From an uncultured delta proteobacterium (lineage in GTDB: Bacteria; Desulfobacterota; Binatia; Bin18), in contig CAVTCR010000071.1 in the NCBI GenBank assembly GCA_963733195.1, forward strand, positions 64,001 to 128,000: 64,000 nucleotides of DNA, read 5' to 3'. How positions within the stretch are numbered: the first letter of the stretch is position 1; the number at the start of each line of letters is the position of its first letter. Made by a program: the position numbers and the translations under genes. The notes beneath the pieces were generated by a model. The model ran no database searches. It saw nothing but the letters and a program-made list of their open reading frames with translations, and was not told the DNA's origin. Below, piece after piece: positions 38,229 to 49,499 of the stretch.

Positions 38229-39821
38229 GGGTGTGGTTTCCATACTGCACCCCCTGTTATGCCGCCCATCGGATCGCCTTGCGCAACGGGCGTAACGTCA
38301 GGGTCATCGCAGACTCCCAGCGATCACTGAGGGCTAGCGCCCGCAGATTCAGGAGATGTTCTCCGGTCGCTTCCTTCCAGCGGGCCCCCGGGCGTTTCAT
38401 GCGCATGGCCACCAAGCTCTTACACGTCGCCTCGACGTTACCGCTGCCGACGGGGAATCCACGCCGACGGGCGGCGGCATAGTTCATCCGGGCCTGATGG
38501 TTCTCCAAATAGGTGATAGCTTCGTGTACGGGGCGACTCGTGCCGACCGTCGCTGCGCTTTGCCCGAAGCGTGCAATTCCTGCAGGATCTCGGCAACACT
38601 GCTCGTGCGATTGAGCAAGCGCAGGCGCCAGCCGTGCAGTACGGTGCTGCCGTGCGTCTCCCCATAGAGGAGCCGAGCGGCACTGCCCAGCTTCTCGAGC
38701 AAGTGCCAGAGGTCCACTAACTGGCGGACTGGCACGCCCAGCGTCTCGGCATTGAGATGTGCGGTCAGCAGCTTCCACAAGTCCGCAGCCCCATCCGCCA
38801 GCAGGATCACTCCGAGCCCGGGCTGCTTGCGGAGCAACGTACACACATCGTGAGTCAGAGACCGACACAGCTCTTCGACATCCCCGTGGGGCATCCGTCC
38901 ATAGCGGATCGTGTGCAAGGCTTCTCCTGTACGGTCATGCAGCGTGAGCGTGGCACAGTAGGCCATGCGAAACTGCCGCCAGACCTTGCGCAGATGTCCG
39001 CCGGACTGCGGTGCCCGTTCTGCGGCTGTCCCCGCCTCTTCCATCGGCACGCTGACGCGATCCAAGGCGACACTGACACTCGCCGCTTCCGGGGGCACGC
39101 GGTACTCTTCGATCAAGCTTTCCTCTAGGTCGACCCGCACGGCCGTGTACTGCCGTCCCACCTCCTGCCCGATACTCTCAAAACTCGACCGCGCATAGGG
39201 TAAGCGACCCAGCATCTGGGCTGTGCTCTCCGCCTCCCGTGAGGTGCCCTGCTGGAGTTGATGCGCCATAGCCTGGGCAGTCGCGGGTAGCCAGCCCTCG
39301 CCCACTGCCCCACACCGTAAGCTGACCGCATTGACGGTCTTGGCGTTGCGCTGTCCGCACTCGCGGTACAACGTCCGCATAATCCGCACCGGCCCGGCCA
39401 TCGTGTAGTAGTCCGCCTCATACCGCCCGACCCGCCGATACTCCAGCCCCTCGATCACGACGCGGGGCTGATCGATGTCCAACCCCTGCAGCACTGCTTG
39501 ATGCCCCGCCCGCTCAATGGCTGCCACTCCTGCCGCGACTTGCCGCTCAATCGCAGCGTAGTCGACCGCCCGTCCGCCGCGCGTACTGCGCCAGTTCGCT
39601 TCCACTTGCCGGATCATGGCCTTGACCGCTTCACCGACTCCCTTGAGTTCGTCAGGCATCTCAATCACCATTTGCATTGCAGGGTATCCTCCCTCGGGTT
39701 TTATCGCTAACTCTCCGATGGCATGGCTCTGCCCTGCGTTCAACCTCCACCTGGTCTGCTTTTCCTTCACAACCGCTCTCGGTTGCTATGTTCTTTCCCG
39801 CTCAGTATGGAAGCCACACCC
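38229..39821 (-). mobile_element. ISKra4-family insertion sequence (second, unrelated copy)
   Basis: 19-bp TIR GGGTGTGG(T/C)TTCCATACTG; 9-bp direct repeat CTTCTCGGG; transposase ~38257-39677 (frameshift ~38560) with ADGA, VDLWHL.EKL, RMNYAA....G.PVGSGNVEATCK, RMKRPGARW. Confidence 0.92.
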
Positions 39822-39842
39822 CTTCTCGGGCAGCCTCCTAGC

Positions 39843-40337
39843 TCATTTCCCAATCCCCTGGTACGTCGCCAGGATTCGTTCAATAATCCCAGTGGTGGAT
39901 AAACCTTCTTGATACGGGATGAGCACAACTCTCCCGCCATTCGCTTCGACGACTTCTCGTCCAACGACCGCTTCAGGGTCCCAATCTCCACCTTTGACCA
40001 ATACGTGCGGTTGAAGTAACTCGATTAACGCAAGCGGCGTGTCTTCCTCAAAGATCGTTACATAATCGACCACTGCCAAAGCAGCAAGCATCACAACACG
40101 TTCGTCCTGATTGAGAATCGGTCGACGTTCACCCTTAAGGCGTTTAACCGAGGCATCACTATTGATACCGACGATCAACACATCTCCTAAGGCTTTCGCT
40201 TGTGTCAAGGTGTGAATATGACCAGGATGCAAAATATCGAAACAGCCGTTGGTGAAGACGATGCGTTTGCCAGAGCGGCGGAGAGTGGCAATGAGTGGTG
40301 CGAGTACCTGAGCTGGCTGATATTTCGGTGAGAGCAC
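39843..40337 (-). CDS. rfaE2: Heptose 1-phosphate adenylyltransferase (HldE domain II)
   Basis: [41 protein letters not shown]. Confidence 0.95.
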   Translation of the reverse strand: MLSPKYQPAQVLAPLIATLRRSGKRIVFTNGCFDILHPGHIHTLTQAKALGDVLIVGINSDASVKRLKGERRPILNQDERVVMLAALAVVDYVTIFEEDTPLALIELLQPHVLVKGGDWDPEAVVGREVVEANGGRVVLIPYQEGLSTTGIIERILATYQGIGK

Positions 40338-40473
40338 GCGGCTAGACTTTTCCCCTCACCCGTCCCTCCTCCCTCAAGGAGAGAGGAACCTCCAAGTGAG
40401 GCCTTTGTAAATGAACAGGCTATGGAGTTTTCTGCCGAACGTCGAAAATGAGGAACGTAACTGTTTCCGAAAC

Positions 40474-40503
40474 TAGCCCCCAGCCCCTAACCCCTAGCCC
40501 CCA
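40474..40503. repeat. Heptamer tandem repeat immediately after the argC stop
   Basis: TAGCCCC CAGCCCC TAACCCC TAGCCCC. Confidence 0.7.
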
Positions 40504-40506
40504 TTT

Positions 40507-41559
40507 TCACGGATGCATCCCCAACATCGTGAGTCCAGTCTCTTCTGGCAATCCAAACATCACATTCATGTTCTGCACTGCCGCACCAGCTGCACCTTTG
40601 ACAAGATTATCGAGGGCAGAGAAAACCACGACTCGGCCACGCTTGTTATCGACATCAAGACCGATCTGACAGAAATTCGAGCCTGCTAACGTCGCGACAC
40701 TCGGATACGGTAGATATTGCCACGAGACTTTCGGGTCTTTGTCCATATCGAGAACTTGGACAAAATACTGCCCTTGATAAAACTCTTTGAACAGATCAAG
40801 CACCTGTCCGCGATCAAGATGATCGGTCAAGAACCCATGACATGCCGCAAGGATGCCGCGGGAGAACGGCGCATAAAACGGCGTAAAATTGATTTGCAGT
40901 TTTTCTCCTGCAATTACCGACAGCTCTTGTTCTGCTTCGTAGGTGTGGCGATGATCGGTGACGTTGTAAGCGAAGATCGCGTTGCCAATTTCGGCGTGCT
41001 GGCTCTGTGTCTCTGGAACTGCACCGGCACCTGAGGTTCCCGACATTCCATCAACCAAAATGTGATCTATATCGATCAGTTTCTCTTGCACCAACGGAGC
41101 GAGACCCAGAATCATTGCCGTAGCAAAGCAGCCCGGATTGGCGATGAGCCGCGCTTTCTGTATGTCGTCACGCCGTAACTCCGTAAGACCATACGGGGCC
41201 TCGCCGACGAGCTCCCAACACGTATGTTTAGCTTTGTATACAGTTTCGAAAATTTCACGATTCTTCAGTCGGAAGTCTGAGCCGAGATCAACCACCTTAC
41301 TCCCTTGCTCCAGAAATCGCCCAGCATGCAACATGGACTCACGTGACGGGGTACATAAGAAAACAACATCTCCCCCGCGTGCTTCCTCTAAGGTGATAAA
41401 GTCGAGGCCCATACCGTAGAAGTTACGGTGGATATGTTCGAGCTTCTTGTCACCGCGCGAGGTGACCCATTTGACGCGCGCTGAGGGGTGCTGCAACAGA
41501 ATGCGCAGCAGTTCACTGCCCGTATACCCCGAACCACCGACGATGCCGACTTCTATCAT
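40507..41559 (-). CDS. argC: N-acetyl-gamma-glutamyl-phosphate reductase
   Basis: GGSGYTGSEL, DLGSDFRL, YGLTE, IANPGCF.T, SGTSGAG, DNLVKGAAG.AVQNMN. Confidence 0.93.
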   Translation of the reverse strand: MIEVGIVGGSGYTGSELLRILLQHPSARVKWVTSRGDKKLEHIHRNFYGMGLDFITLEEARGGDVVFLCTPSRESMLHAGRFLEQGSKVVDLGSDFRLKNREIFETVYKAKHTCWELVGEAPYGLTELRRDDIQKARLIANPGCFATAMILGLAPLVQEKLIDIDHILVDGMSGTSGAGAVPETQSQHAEIGNAIFAYNVTDHRHTYEAEQELSVIAGEKLQINFTPFYAPFSRGILAACHGFLTDHLDRGQVLDLFKEFYQGQYFVQVLDMDKDPKVSWQYLPYPSVATLAGSNFCQIGLDVDNKRGRVVVFSALDNLVKGAAGAAVQNMNVMFGLPEETGLTMLGMHP

Positions 41560-41621
41560 CGCTCCGTCCTCCTGGAGAATTACTGTCGCTGAAGCGACGC
41601 GAAAAAGCAATCCGGCAGCTC

Positions 41622-43836
41622 TTAGAAAGCTGTCCTTCCAAATGAGCTGAGCCCCACAAAGGTAAAGAAGACGCGAAATTCGAGTTCCCGCGGGTTGACG
41701 CGGTCAATCAAACCGAGATCGACATGCCAGCACTTCTGCGGCGAGATGAATCGGACAAAGTACCGGTTCCCGATGAAGGAATCCGCGTTGAAGTCGTAGC
41801 GCCCCATGAACGCAGTCGTCAGATATTCGTTGAGACGAAAGATGACGTAGGCGTTCATTTCTTTCAACACGCGGTCGGTAATCGTGCGGTACGAGACACC
41901 TACGGTCGTGTGGCGCTGCAAATGTTCGAGTAAGGGAGCTGTGGCTGGAAGAGGACGCGGATCGGTCACAAACGCACCTAAGCGGATCGTGGTCATGTCC
42001 CCACGCGCTACGTCGTAGGTCGAATCAAAGGTAAAGGTAGCATATGGAAACGGCTGGGCACGCGCACTTAAATCCAAGTCTGAGTAGTGATCTCCCCGTC
42101 GACCAATCGCGCGGGAAGGATCATAGGCATGCCGCATTGAAAAGCGAGCGAGTTCACGCACTTCTGTCGCACTCTGCACCTCACTAGTTCCGGCTGCTGC
42201 CGGGGCAGCAAATTTGCCTAAGACGTAATTATCGACTCCATACACAAAGAGATTACGTTTATTGATGCGGTCAAGCGCGTCATACAGTGGCAGATCAAGC
42301 TGATCGACATAGGGGGTGTAGTAGTAATTCACTTGTGGTTCAATCACATGTTGGAGCTGTCGCAGACGTCCCCAGTGCGCATTAAATATACGTGAAATGC
42401 GCGTTCCTAGCTCAGCCTGAAACTGCACAGTCTCGCGGGTACGGTCACCATGCAATCGCCCGGATTCTGGAAGAGGCGGAAGTCCTAGTTCCTCAGAGGT
42501 CATGTTATAAATGGTCTCACGACCTATGGCTTTGACAGAGCCATAGAAATATTTTCCCCACTGGAAGGGCATGGCCACCCACGGCGCGAGGTCGAGGCGT
42601 TGCCCAGCATATCCGCGGTTACGATAGAAATCCGCGCCGTCAACACTAATCCCGATATCTAAACGGTCGTTCCAGATGCGTTGCTGTCCCTGGAATTGCA
42701 AGCGCGGGAGTTCTTGAAAGGCGTAATCCTGATCCTGTTGTAAATCTTGGTAGTACACCGCCTCGCCCCGAAACAGCCGCATGTCTCCAGGTTTTGACCC
42801 CACCAACGCGTGAGTCGGTGAAGCGACGTGAACGCAAATCCCAGTCATCAATTTCGAGCGTCGATTTCAGATTGAGCGCACGATGGCTAATTTCACGCAA
42901 GAAGTCGTCGTCACTGACAAAGAAGAGATCACTATACAAACGCCAGTCGTTGGGAAGTAACTGACGGTGAACTCCGGTTATACTCCAGCGATTGATAGGC
43001 GAAGTCGTCGTCGCAGGACCACGAATCTGTTCGTTAAAATACGATGCAGAGAACACTCCTTCGGTTCGCTCGTTGGGTGCATAGCGAAACTCTCCCCACA
43101 CGCCCACGCGTGCACTTGTTTCCAGGTCAGTCGTCACTGTCGCGTCATAACTCTTATTAATCGCCCAGTAGAAGGGTTGCTGCCAGACAAACCCGCGCTT
43201 ACTGGAAAATCCATAATTGGGAAACATGAAGCCACTTTTGCGGTCGCTAGTTATAGGGACAGTTCCGTAGGGTACGTACAAGAGTGGGATATTGCGTACG
43301 CGAAAAACTCCGTGGCGGACGGTTCCCCGTCCACGTAAGTCGACATCGATCGTCTTGCCACCGATGCTCCAATCTGCTTGGGCAAAATTGTCACATTGGC
43401 AAGTAGTAAATTTCCCATCCTCGATATGATACGTTTGCCCGTATGACTTCTGTAAGTTTTTTCCAGTCAGCACATACTGTTGTCGCGGCAAGGTTATAGT
43501 GCCATTGGTGATGTCTCCAGTTTCGTTCTCCATTTCGATGCGCATGGCATCAGCTTTGATATTTCCCCGCTCATCTTGGAGTGTCACGTTTCCACGGGCA
43601 GTCATCTCGTTGGTATCACGATTGACAGTGACTGTATCAGCCGAAAGTTTGGTCTCACCTTTGGTTACGACTACGTCGCCCGTTGCCGTCGCCACATTCC
43701 CCTGCTGTTCATAGGTCAGGGTATTTCCCTTGACCTGAACAGGCGCTTCCTCTTCTGCGCCCTGGTCTTGCGCCCAGGTGGGAGAGAACACTAGACAAAA
43801 GCCCAACAACACCACAACGTTCCACCATTGTCTCAC
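41622..43836 (-). CDS. lptD: LPS-assembly protein LptD (frameshift ~42785)
   Basis: Signal peptide, OstA-like jellyroll, FTTC, RKSGFMFP..G.SS..G, PFYWAI, HVIEP, C-terminal CW. Confidence 0.85.
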
Positions 43837-45140
43837 GCGATTTGTCCTCTCTCCTGCTCAGGCAAAGGTTTCATCACGGTCGGCGAAAACAGCGGATACA
43901 CTTCGCCAACAAGAAACAACGAACCCGCAATGAGCAACGCCTCATCTGGTTTCGTTGCTGCCAGCAGTTGACGACACGCGGCTGGCGCATCGTCGATGAT
44001 GTGTACTGGGCAGAACGGTGCGAACGCCGCTCGCAACACCGCCGGATCTTCGGCACGTGGTTGTTGTATACGGGTCACGACCACTTCAGTCACGAGTGGG
44101 GCAAGAAGTGGAATCATTGTCCGCCAGTCTTTATCTCGCATAACCGCAAAGAGCAACTTCACCTTCCGGCCTCGCAAGATCACCGGTAATTCGGCAATCA
44201 GCGTTTGCATGGCATGGGGGTTATGCGCCCCATCCAAGATCACGAACGGTTGCTGGGAAACGACCTCAAGTCGTCCAGGCCAACGGGCAGTCTGTAACCC
44301 GCGACGTACGTTTGCTTCGGTGATAGGGAAAGCTGGTTGCACAAGCTCAAGCGCCGCAAGTGCTACTGCCGCGTTGTTGTGCTGGAAGCCTCCACGGAGT
44401 CCAAACTGGAGATCTTGCAGTTGCCAGCCAAGTCCATGATAGCTCGCACGTCCGTCGTGCTGGTCCTGTATCGTAAAATCTTGCCCCAGCAGATATGAAG
44501 AACTCTCGCGGTCTCGGGTAAGAGCACAGAGAGTTTGCCGGCTTTCCTCATCGACATGACCAATGACAGTTGGTACGCCAGGTTTAATGATCCCACCCTT
44601 CTCACGCGCAATCTCAGCGATGGTGTTACCAAGATACGCTTGGTGGTCAAGACCAATACTCGTAATCGCGGCAACAAGCGGGGTCAGCACGTTGGTGGCA
44701 TCGAGTCGCCCACCAAGTCCAACCTCAACAACAGCCACATCAAGGGAAGCATGCGCGAACGCCCGAAATGCGAGCACGGTCATCAGCTCGAAGGGCGTGA
44801 GCTTGATTCCCGCAGGCTCGATCTCCGCACGGATCGCAGCGACTCCGTCGATAACTTCTTGTTCCGTGATCCACGTATGCCCAAGGCGGATACGTTCACG
44901 AAAATCAATCAAGTGTGGAGAAGTAAAGAGACCGACACGGTAGCCTGCGGCACTCAACATCGCATACAGAAATGTCGCAGTTGATCCTTTGCCATTTGTC
45001 CCCGCGACATGAATTGCTGGAAAGCGTAGATGCGGGGATCCGCAACGACGTAGTGCTTCTGCCACGCGTTCGAGCTTAAGGTCCATGCGCTCGACTTCGA
45101 GTCGATATACAAGGTCAAGAGTTTGCTGGTAGGTCAGCAT
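43833..45140 (-). CDS. folC: Dihydrofolate/folylpolyglutamate synthase
   Basis: IHVAGTNGKGST, FTSPHL..FRERI, EVGLGGRLDATN, WPGRLE, LDGAHNP, GSLFLVG. Confidence 0.96.
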   Translation of the reverse strand: MLTYQQTLDLVYRLEVERMDLKLERVAEALRRCGSPHLRFPAIHVAGTNGKGSTATFLYAMLSAAGYRVGLFTSPHLIDFRERIRLGHTWITEQEVIDGVAAIRAEIEPAGIKLTPFELMTVLAFRAFAHASLDVAVVEVGLGGRLDATNVLTPLVAAITSIGLDHQAYLGNTIAEIAREKGGIIKPGVPTVIGHVDEESRQTLCALTRDRESSSYLLGQDFTIQDQHDGRASYHGLGWQLQDLQFGLRGGFQHNNAAVALAALELVQPAFPITEANVRRGLQTARWPGRLEVVSQQPFVILDGAHNPHAMQTLIAELPVILRGRKVKLLFAVMRDKDWRTMIPLLAPLVTEVVVTRIQQPRAEDPAVLRAAFAPFCPVHIIDDAPAACRQLLAATKPDEALLIAGSLFLVGEVYPLFSPTVMKPLPEQERGQIA

Positions 45141-45145
45141 GAAAA

Positions 45146-45243
45146 TAGTGAAGAATGAAAAATGAAGAGTGAAGAATGATGGATCAAGAATGAATACCTC
45201 CGAACTCTTAACTTTTAACTCTTACCTCTTCACTCTTCATCCT
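45146..45243. repeat. Heptamer tandem-repeat hairpin at accD-folC junction
   Basis: (AGTGAAG/AATGAAR)n and (ACTCTTA/ACTCTTC)n complementary arms; one arm encodes the accD C-terminus. Confidence 0.8.
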
Positions 45244-46066
45244 GTTCTCGTCGCACAAAAGGCCCAATATTTGCTGTAAAACACGTCGCAGGTCTGCACG
45301 CTCAACTACCATATCCACCATCCCATGCTCAAGGAGAAACTCGGCACGTTGGAATCCAGGAGGTAACTTCTCTCTGATAGTTTGTTCAATAACCCGCGGT
45401 CCCGCGAAGCCGATCAGTGCTTGCGGTTCAGCAATATTGATATCACCAATCATACTTAGTGAAGCTGCAACTCCACCAGTGGTAGGGTCGGTCATCACAG
45501 ACAGATAGGGTAGCCCTTGCTCGCGCAACCGGCCCAATGCCATATTGACCTTCGCCATCTGCATCAGGGAGAGTACGCCTTCCTGCATTCGTGCCCCACC
45601 TGATGCGGCGAAGAAGATTACGGGCAAGCGCTCGCGAATCGCATGCTCGACAATGCGTGTCAGCCGTTCTCCAACCACGGCACCCATACTCCCGCCGAGA
45701 AAGGCAAAATCGAAAATCCCCAGCGCCACAGCGCGCCCATGAATCGCTGCGACACCGCAGACCACGGCTTCTTGTCGTCCCGTTTTGGCACGCGTAGCAG
45801 AAAGACGTTCGGCGTACGGTTTCCGGTCTGACAAAATTCAGGGGATCATTCGACTGCAACGTGGCATCATGCTCAGTGAACGAACCACGATCGATGATAG
45901 TGAACAGTCGTTGTTCGACCGTCAAGCGTAAGTGAGCATTGCATTTCGGACAGACAAAAAGGCGACGCTCCACTTCTTTGCGAAAAAGGATCTCTTGACA
46001 TGACGCGCATTTGATCCAAATTGATTCCGCGTCTTCTTGCACGGGGCGTTGCTCAATAGCAGCCAT
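45208..46066 (-). CDS. accD: Acetyl-CoA carboxylase carboxyltransferase beta (frameshift ~45832)
   Basis: WIKC..C...VCPKC zinc finger; [32 protein letters not shown]. Confidence 0.93.
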
Positions 46067-46114
46067 CTTTCCCCTCCCTTGATTCGGGTGTCCCTTCTAC
46101 TGTACCTCCTCTGA

Positions 46115-46924
46115 CTACGGCTGCCGTGCTTCTCGAAGTGCCTGTTTCAGGCTTCCCACGAATGCACCAGCACGTGTAATCAAGTCAGGATGTTCACAAT
46201 GTGTTTCTATGATACGAGAGATAGCACTCCCAACGATCACCGCGTCAGCCAGTGCGGCAACCTGTGCGGCCTGGCTCGGCGAGGAAATACCGAATCCCAC
46301 ACCGACCGGAACCGGAGAGATCGCGCGAATGCGTCGAACCATCTCCCCCAAATCCTCAGGTAACGCGTCGCGGACACCCGTTACCCCAGTGACGGCTACG
46401 TAATAGACAAATCCTCGTGCCCGTGTGAGCACTTTTCGCGCACGCACCAACGAACTCGTTGGCGCAAGCAGAAAAATCAAATCGAGGTCAGTACGGTCGG
46501 TTTCCTGCTTGAGTTCATCCGCTTCTTCTGGCGGAAGGTCGACACATAAAATACCATCAACCCCAGCTTTGCATGCATCATCAGCGAATCGGGCTCCGCC
46601 GTAACGAAAGATCGGGTTGTAGTAAGTAAAAAGAAGCAAAGGCACCGTCACAGTCTGACGTAAACGGTGGACGAGGTGCAGAATCTGACGGAGGGAGGTT
46701 CCGCTTTGGAGTGCGCGCTCTGCAGCAAGCTGATTCGCCGGACCATCAGCCATGGGGTCAGAGAACGGCACGCCTAACTCGATGAGATCCGCGCCTTGGC
46801 GTACAAACTCAAGAACTAGTTGTTCGGTCGTCTCCAAGTGTGGATCGCCGGCAGTGATATAAGGAATCAGCGCAACTTCGCCACGGGCTTTCAAGCCAGC
46901 GAAGGTATCTGATATACGTGTCAT
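46115..46924 (-). CDS. trpA: Tryptophan synthase alpha
   Basis: YITAGDP, IELGVPFSDPMADGP, DLPPEE, GVTG, VGFGIS. Confidence 0.97.
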   Translation of the reverse strand: MTRISDTFAGLKARGEVALIPYITAGDPHLETTEQLVLEFVRQGADLIELGVPFSDPMADGPANQLAAERALQSGTSLRQILHLVHRLRQTVTVPLLLFTYYNPIFRYGGARFADDACKAGVDGILCVDLPPEEADELKQETDRTDLDLIFLLAPTSSLVRARKVLTRARGFVYYVAVTGVTGVRDALPEDLGEMVRRIRAISPVPVGVGFGISSPSQAAQVAALADAVIVGSAISRIIETHCEHPDLITRAGAFVGSLKQALREARQP

Positions 46925-46929
46925 AACGG

Positions 46930-48117
46930 TTAGTGAACGGTCCCGAGAAAGCGTGCGACCCCTTGCAGGTCTTTGTCGCCGCGTCCCGAAAGATTGAGAA
47001 CAACGATTTCATCTCGGCGCAGTCGAGGAACGAAAGTCGCCGCATAGGCAATCGCATGAGAACTCTCAAGCGCCGGGATAATGCCTTCGGTCTCGGCCAA
47101 CAAGCGCATCGCTTCGACAGCTTCGGTATCCTTTACAGTGGCATACTGCACGCGGTGTTGATCATTAAGATAACTTAGTTCAGGACCGACGCCGGGGTAA
47201 TCAAGCCCTGGCGCTAACGAATAGGTATCACGAATCTGGCCATTCTCATCTTGCAGGACATAACTCTTGCTGCCGTGGAGCACGCCGACGTGACCGCCAG
47301 CGATCGATGCGGCATTTTGCCCGTCGCCGAGGCCTCCGGCTTCAACACCAATCATACGTACTGAGCCGTCATTGAGAAAAGGCGCAAAGAGCCCCATCGC
47401 GTTACTGCCACCACCAACACAGGCGATAAGGTAATCCGGCAGCCGCTTTTCGAGTTGAAGGATCTGCTTCTTGGCCTCACGGCCAATAATAGACTGGAAG
47501 TCGCGCACCAGCATGGGATAGGGATGCGGACCGGCAACCGTGCCAATGACATAGAAGGTAGATGCAACCTGCGAGATCCAATCCCGTAAGGCTTCATTCA
47601 TCGCATCTTTCAGCGTCCGTGTCCCACTACTCACTTCGCGGACTTTCGCACCCAGCAAGCGCATGCGGAAAACATTCGGTTCCTGTCGGGCGATATCATC
47701 ACTGCCCATAAAGACTTCACATTCAAGCCCAAAGAGTGCTGCCACGGTCGCAGTCGCTACACCATGTTGTCCAGCACCGGTTTCCGCAATGAGACGCCCC
47801 TTCTTCATTTGTCGCGCTAACAGCGCTTGACCAATAGTGTTGTTAATCTTGTGTGCCCCGGTGTGATTCAAGTCTTCGCGCTTCAAATAAACTTTGGCTC
47901 CATTCCAACGCTCAGTCAAACGCTTGGCAAAGGTGAGCGGAGTTGGGCGACCGACATATTCTTGCAGCAACGTGCGCAGCTCACGCTGGAAAGTAATATC
48001 GCGACGACTGCGACGATAGACTTCTTCGAGTTCTAACAGAGCGGGCATCAAGGTTTCGGCGACATACCGTCCCCCGTATGGCCCAAAGTGTCCGGCAGCA
48101 TCAGGTTGTCTTGGCAT
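46930..48117 (-). CDS. trpB: Tryptophan synthase beta
   Basis: [49 protein letters not shown]. Confidence 0.97.
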   Translation of the reverse strand: MPRQPDAAGHFGPYGGRYVAETLMPALLELEEVYRRSRRDITFQRELRTLLQEYVGRPTPLTFAKRLTERWNGAKVYLKREDLNHTGAHKINNTIGQALLARQMKKGRLIAETGAGQHGVATATVAALFGLECEVFMGSDDIARQEPNVFRMRLLGAKVREVSSGTRTLKDAMNEALRDWISQVASTFYVIGTVAGPHPYPMLVRDFQSIIGREAKKQILQLEKRLPDYLIACVGGGSNAMGLFAPFLNDGSVRMIGVEAGGLGDGQNAASIAGGHVGVLHGSKSYVLQDENGQIRDTYSLAPGLDYPGVGPELSYLNDQHRVQYATVKDTEAVEAMRLLAETEGIIPALESSHAIAYAATFVPRLRRDEIVVLNLSGRGDKDLQGVARFLGTVH

Positions 48118-48720
48118 TGGCAATAAACGCTCGTACTTTTTCTGGATCTTTGCGACCAGGGGCAGATTCAACGCCACTGGCAACATCGACCGCCCAAGGA
48201 CGGACCGCCCGCGCGGCCTCAGTCACATTCTCTGGAGTCAGCCCACCGGCAAGAATGAGCCGATTGCGACATTCTAATGGGAGGGCAGTAAGACGTTCCC
48301 ACGCAAACCGCTCCCCTGTTCCCCCGTATCGTCCAGGCTTGTGGGTGTCAAGGAGGAGGTAGTCACGGAAAAATGCTGCCAGTCTGGTAACGGACCATCA
48401 GCTGGTACACGCAACGCCTTGATCGTCAGACAAGGCCAATCTTGAACATCAGCGTTCGTTTCATCACCATGAAATTGCACGGCATGCAAGCGAAGCTGTT
48501 CGCGAAGAGCAGCAACATGCGCGCGTTCAGCATTGACGAATACGCCTACACACCAGACATGCTCAGGAAGGACAGCACGAATCGCACGGGCAGTGGTCAG
48601 CGACACACAACGCGGGCTTGGGGGATAGAAATTCAGGCCAATCAGGTCAGCACCACTATCGACAGCCAGCAGGGCATCCTCCACATTGGTCACCCCGCAA
48701 ATCTTCACGCGAACACTCAC
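48101..48720 (-). CDS. trpF: Phosphoribosylanthranilate isomerase (frameshift ~48365)
   Basis: VKICGVT, SPRCVS, QFHGDE, then [26 protein letters not shown] in the next frame. Confidence 0.92.
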
Positions 48721-49499
48721 GCTTCTCCCCGAATCAGCCCGCGAAGCGGAACACCAGGATCGGGGGCTGCCATAAATGTTTCACCGATCAGAAAGGCTTT
48801 CACTCCAAGTGACTCTAGACGAGTGAGTTGCTCACTCCGTGAGAGACCGCTTTCCGACACCACTGTCGTTCCTGACGGAACGAGTCGAACCAGACGTTCG
48901 CTAGTCTCGATCGTCGTATGAAAGGTTCGCAAGTCTCGATTGTTCACGCCGAGAAGCTCTGCACCACAGGCTAATGCTCGTTCGAGTTCTGCCTCATCGT
49001 GGACTTCTACCAGGCAATCGAGTCCCAGCGAACGTGCCAAACCTCCAAGTTCGCGCATTTGACCGTCAGAAAGAATTGCGACAATCAAGAGAATCGCACT
49101 CGCGCCAAACGCGCGCGCTTCATAGACTTGGTAAGGGTCAAAAAGGAAATCTTTGCGTAATAGGGGGCAACGTACCTGTTCACGAATCAGCCGCAAATAG
49201 TCTAAGCTACCCTGAAAAAACCGACTTTCGGTAAGCACCGAGATGGCCGCAGCTCCATTGGCCTCATAGGTCTTTGCCAGAGACAGGGGCTCAAAATCCG
49301 CACGAATCACCCCTTTTGATGGTGAGGCTTTTTTCACCTCAGCGATGATTGTTCGTCCTGGCCACTCACGTACAGTTTTGATAAATGGTGGCGGAGTTGC
49401 GTGGAACAACGGCATGTCCTGCAATTGCTGGAGCGACACTTTTTGTCTTTGTGACGCGAGTTCGGTTTTTTTGGACGCCACGATGTCGTCGAGGATCAT
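48717..49499 (-). CDS. trpC: Indole-3-glycerol phosphate synthase
   Basis: IAEVKKASPSKG, ISVLTE, LRKDF, GVNNRDL, VSESG, LIGE. Confidence 0.97.
   Translation of the reverse strand: MILDDIVASKKTELASQRQKVSLQQLQDMPLFHATPPPFIKTVREWPGRTIIAEVKKASPSKGVIRADFEPLSLAKTYEANGAAAISVLTESRFFQGSLDYLRLIREQVRCPLLRKDFLFDPYQVYEARAFGASAILLIVAILSDGQMRELGGLARSLGLDCLVEVHDEAELERALACGAELLGVNNRDLRTFHTTIETSERLVRLVPSGTTVVSESGLSRSEQLTRLESLGVKAFLIGETFMAAPDPGVPLRGLIRGEA

Noticed and set aside
27880-48720. Calling gmk, lptD, accD and trpF pseudogenes
   Set aside because: All motifs are intact across single shifts, and simultaneous loss of these functions is implausible.
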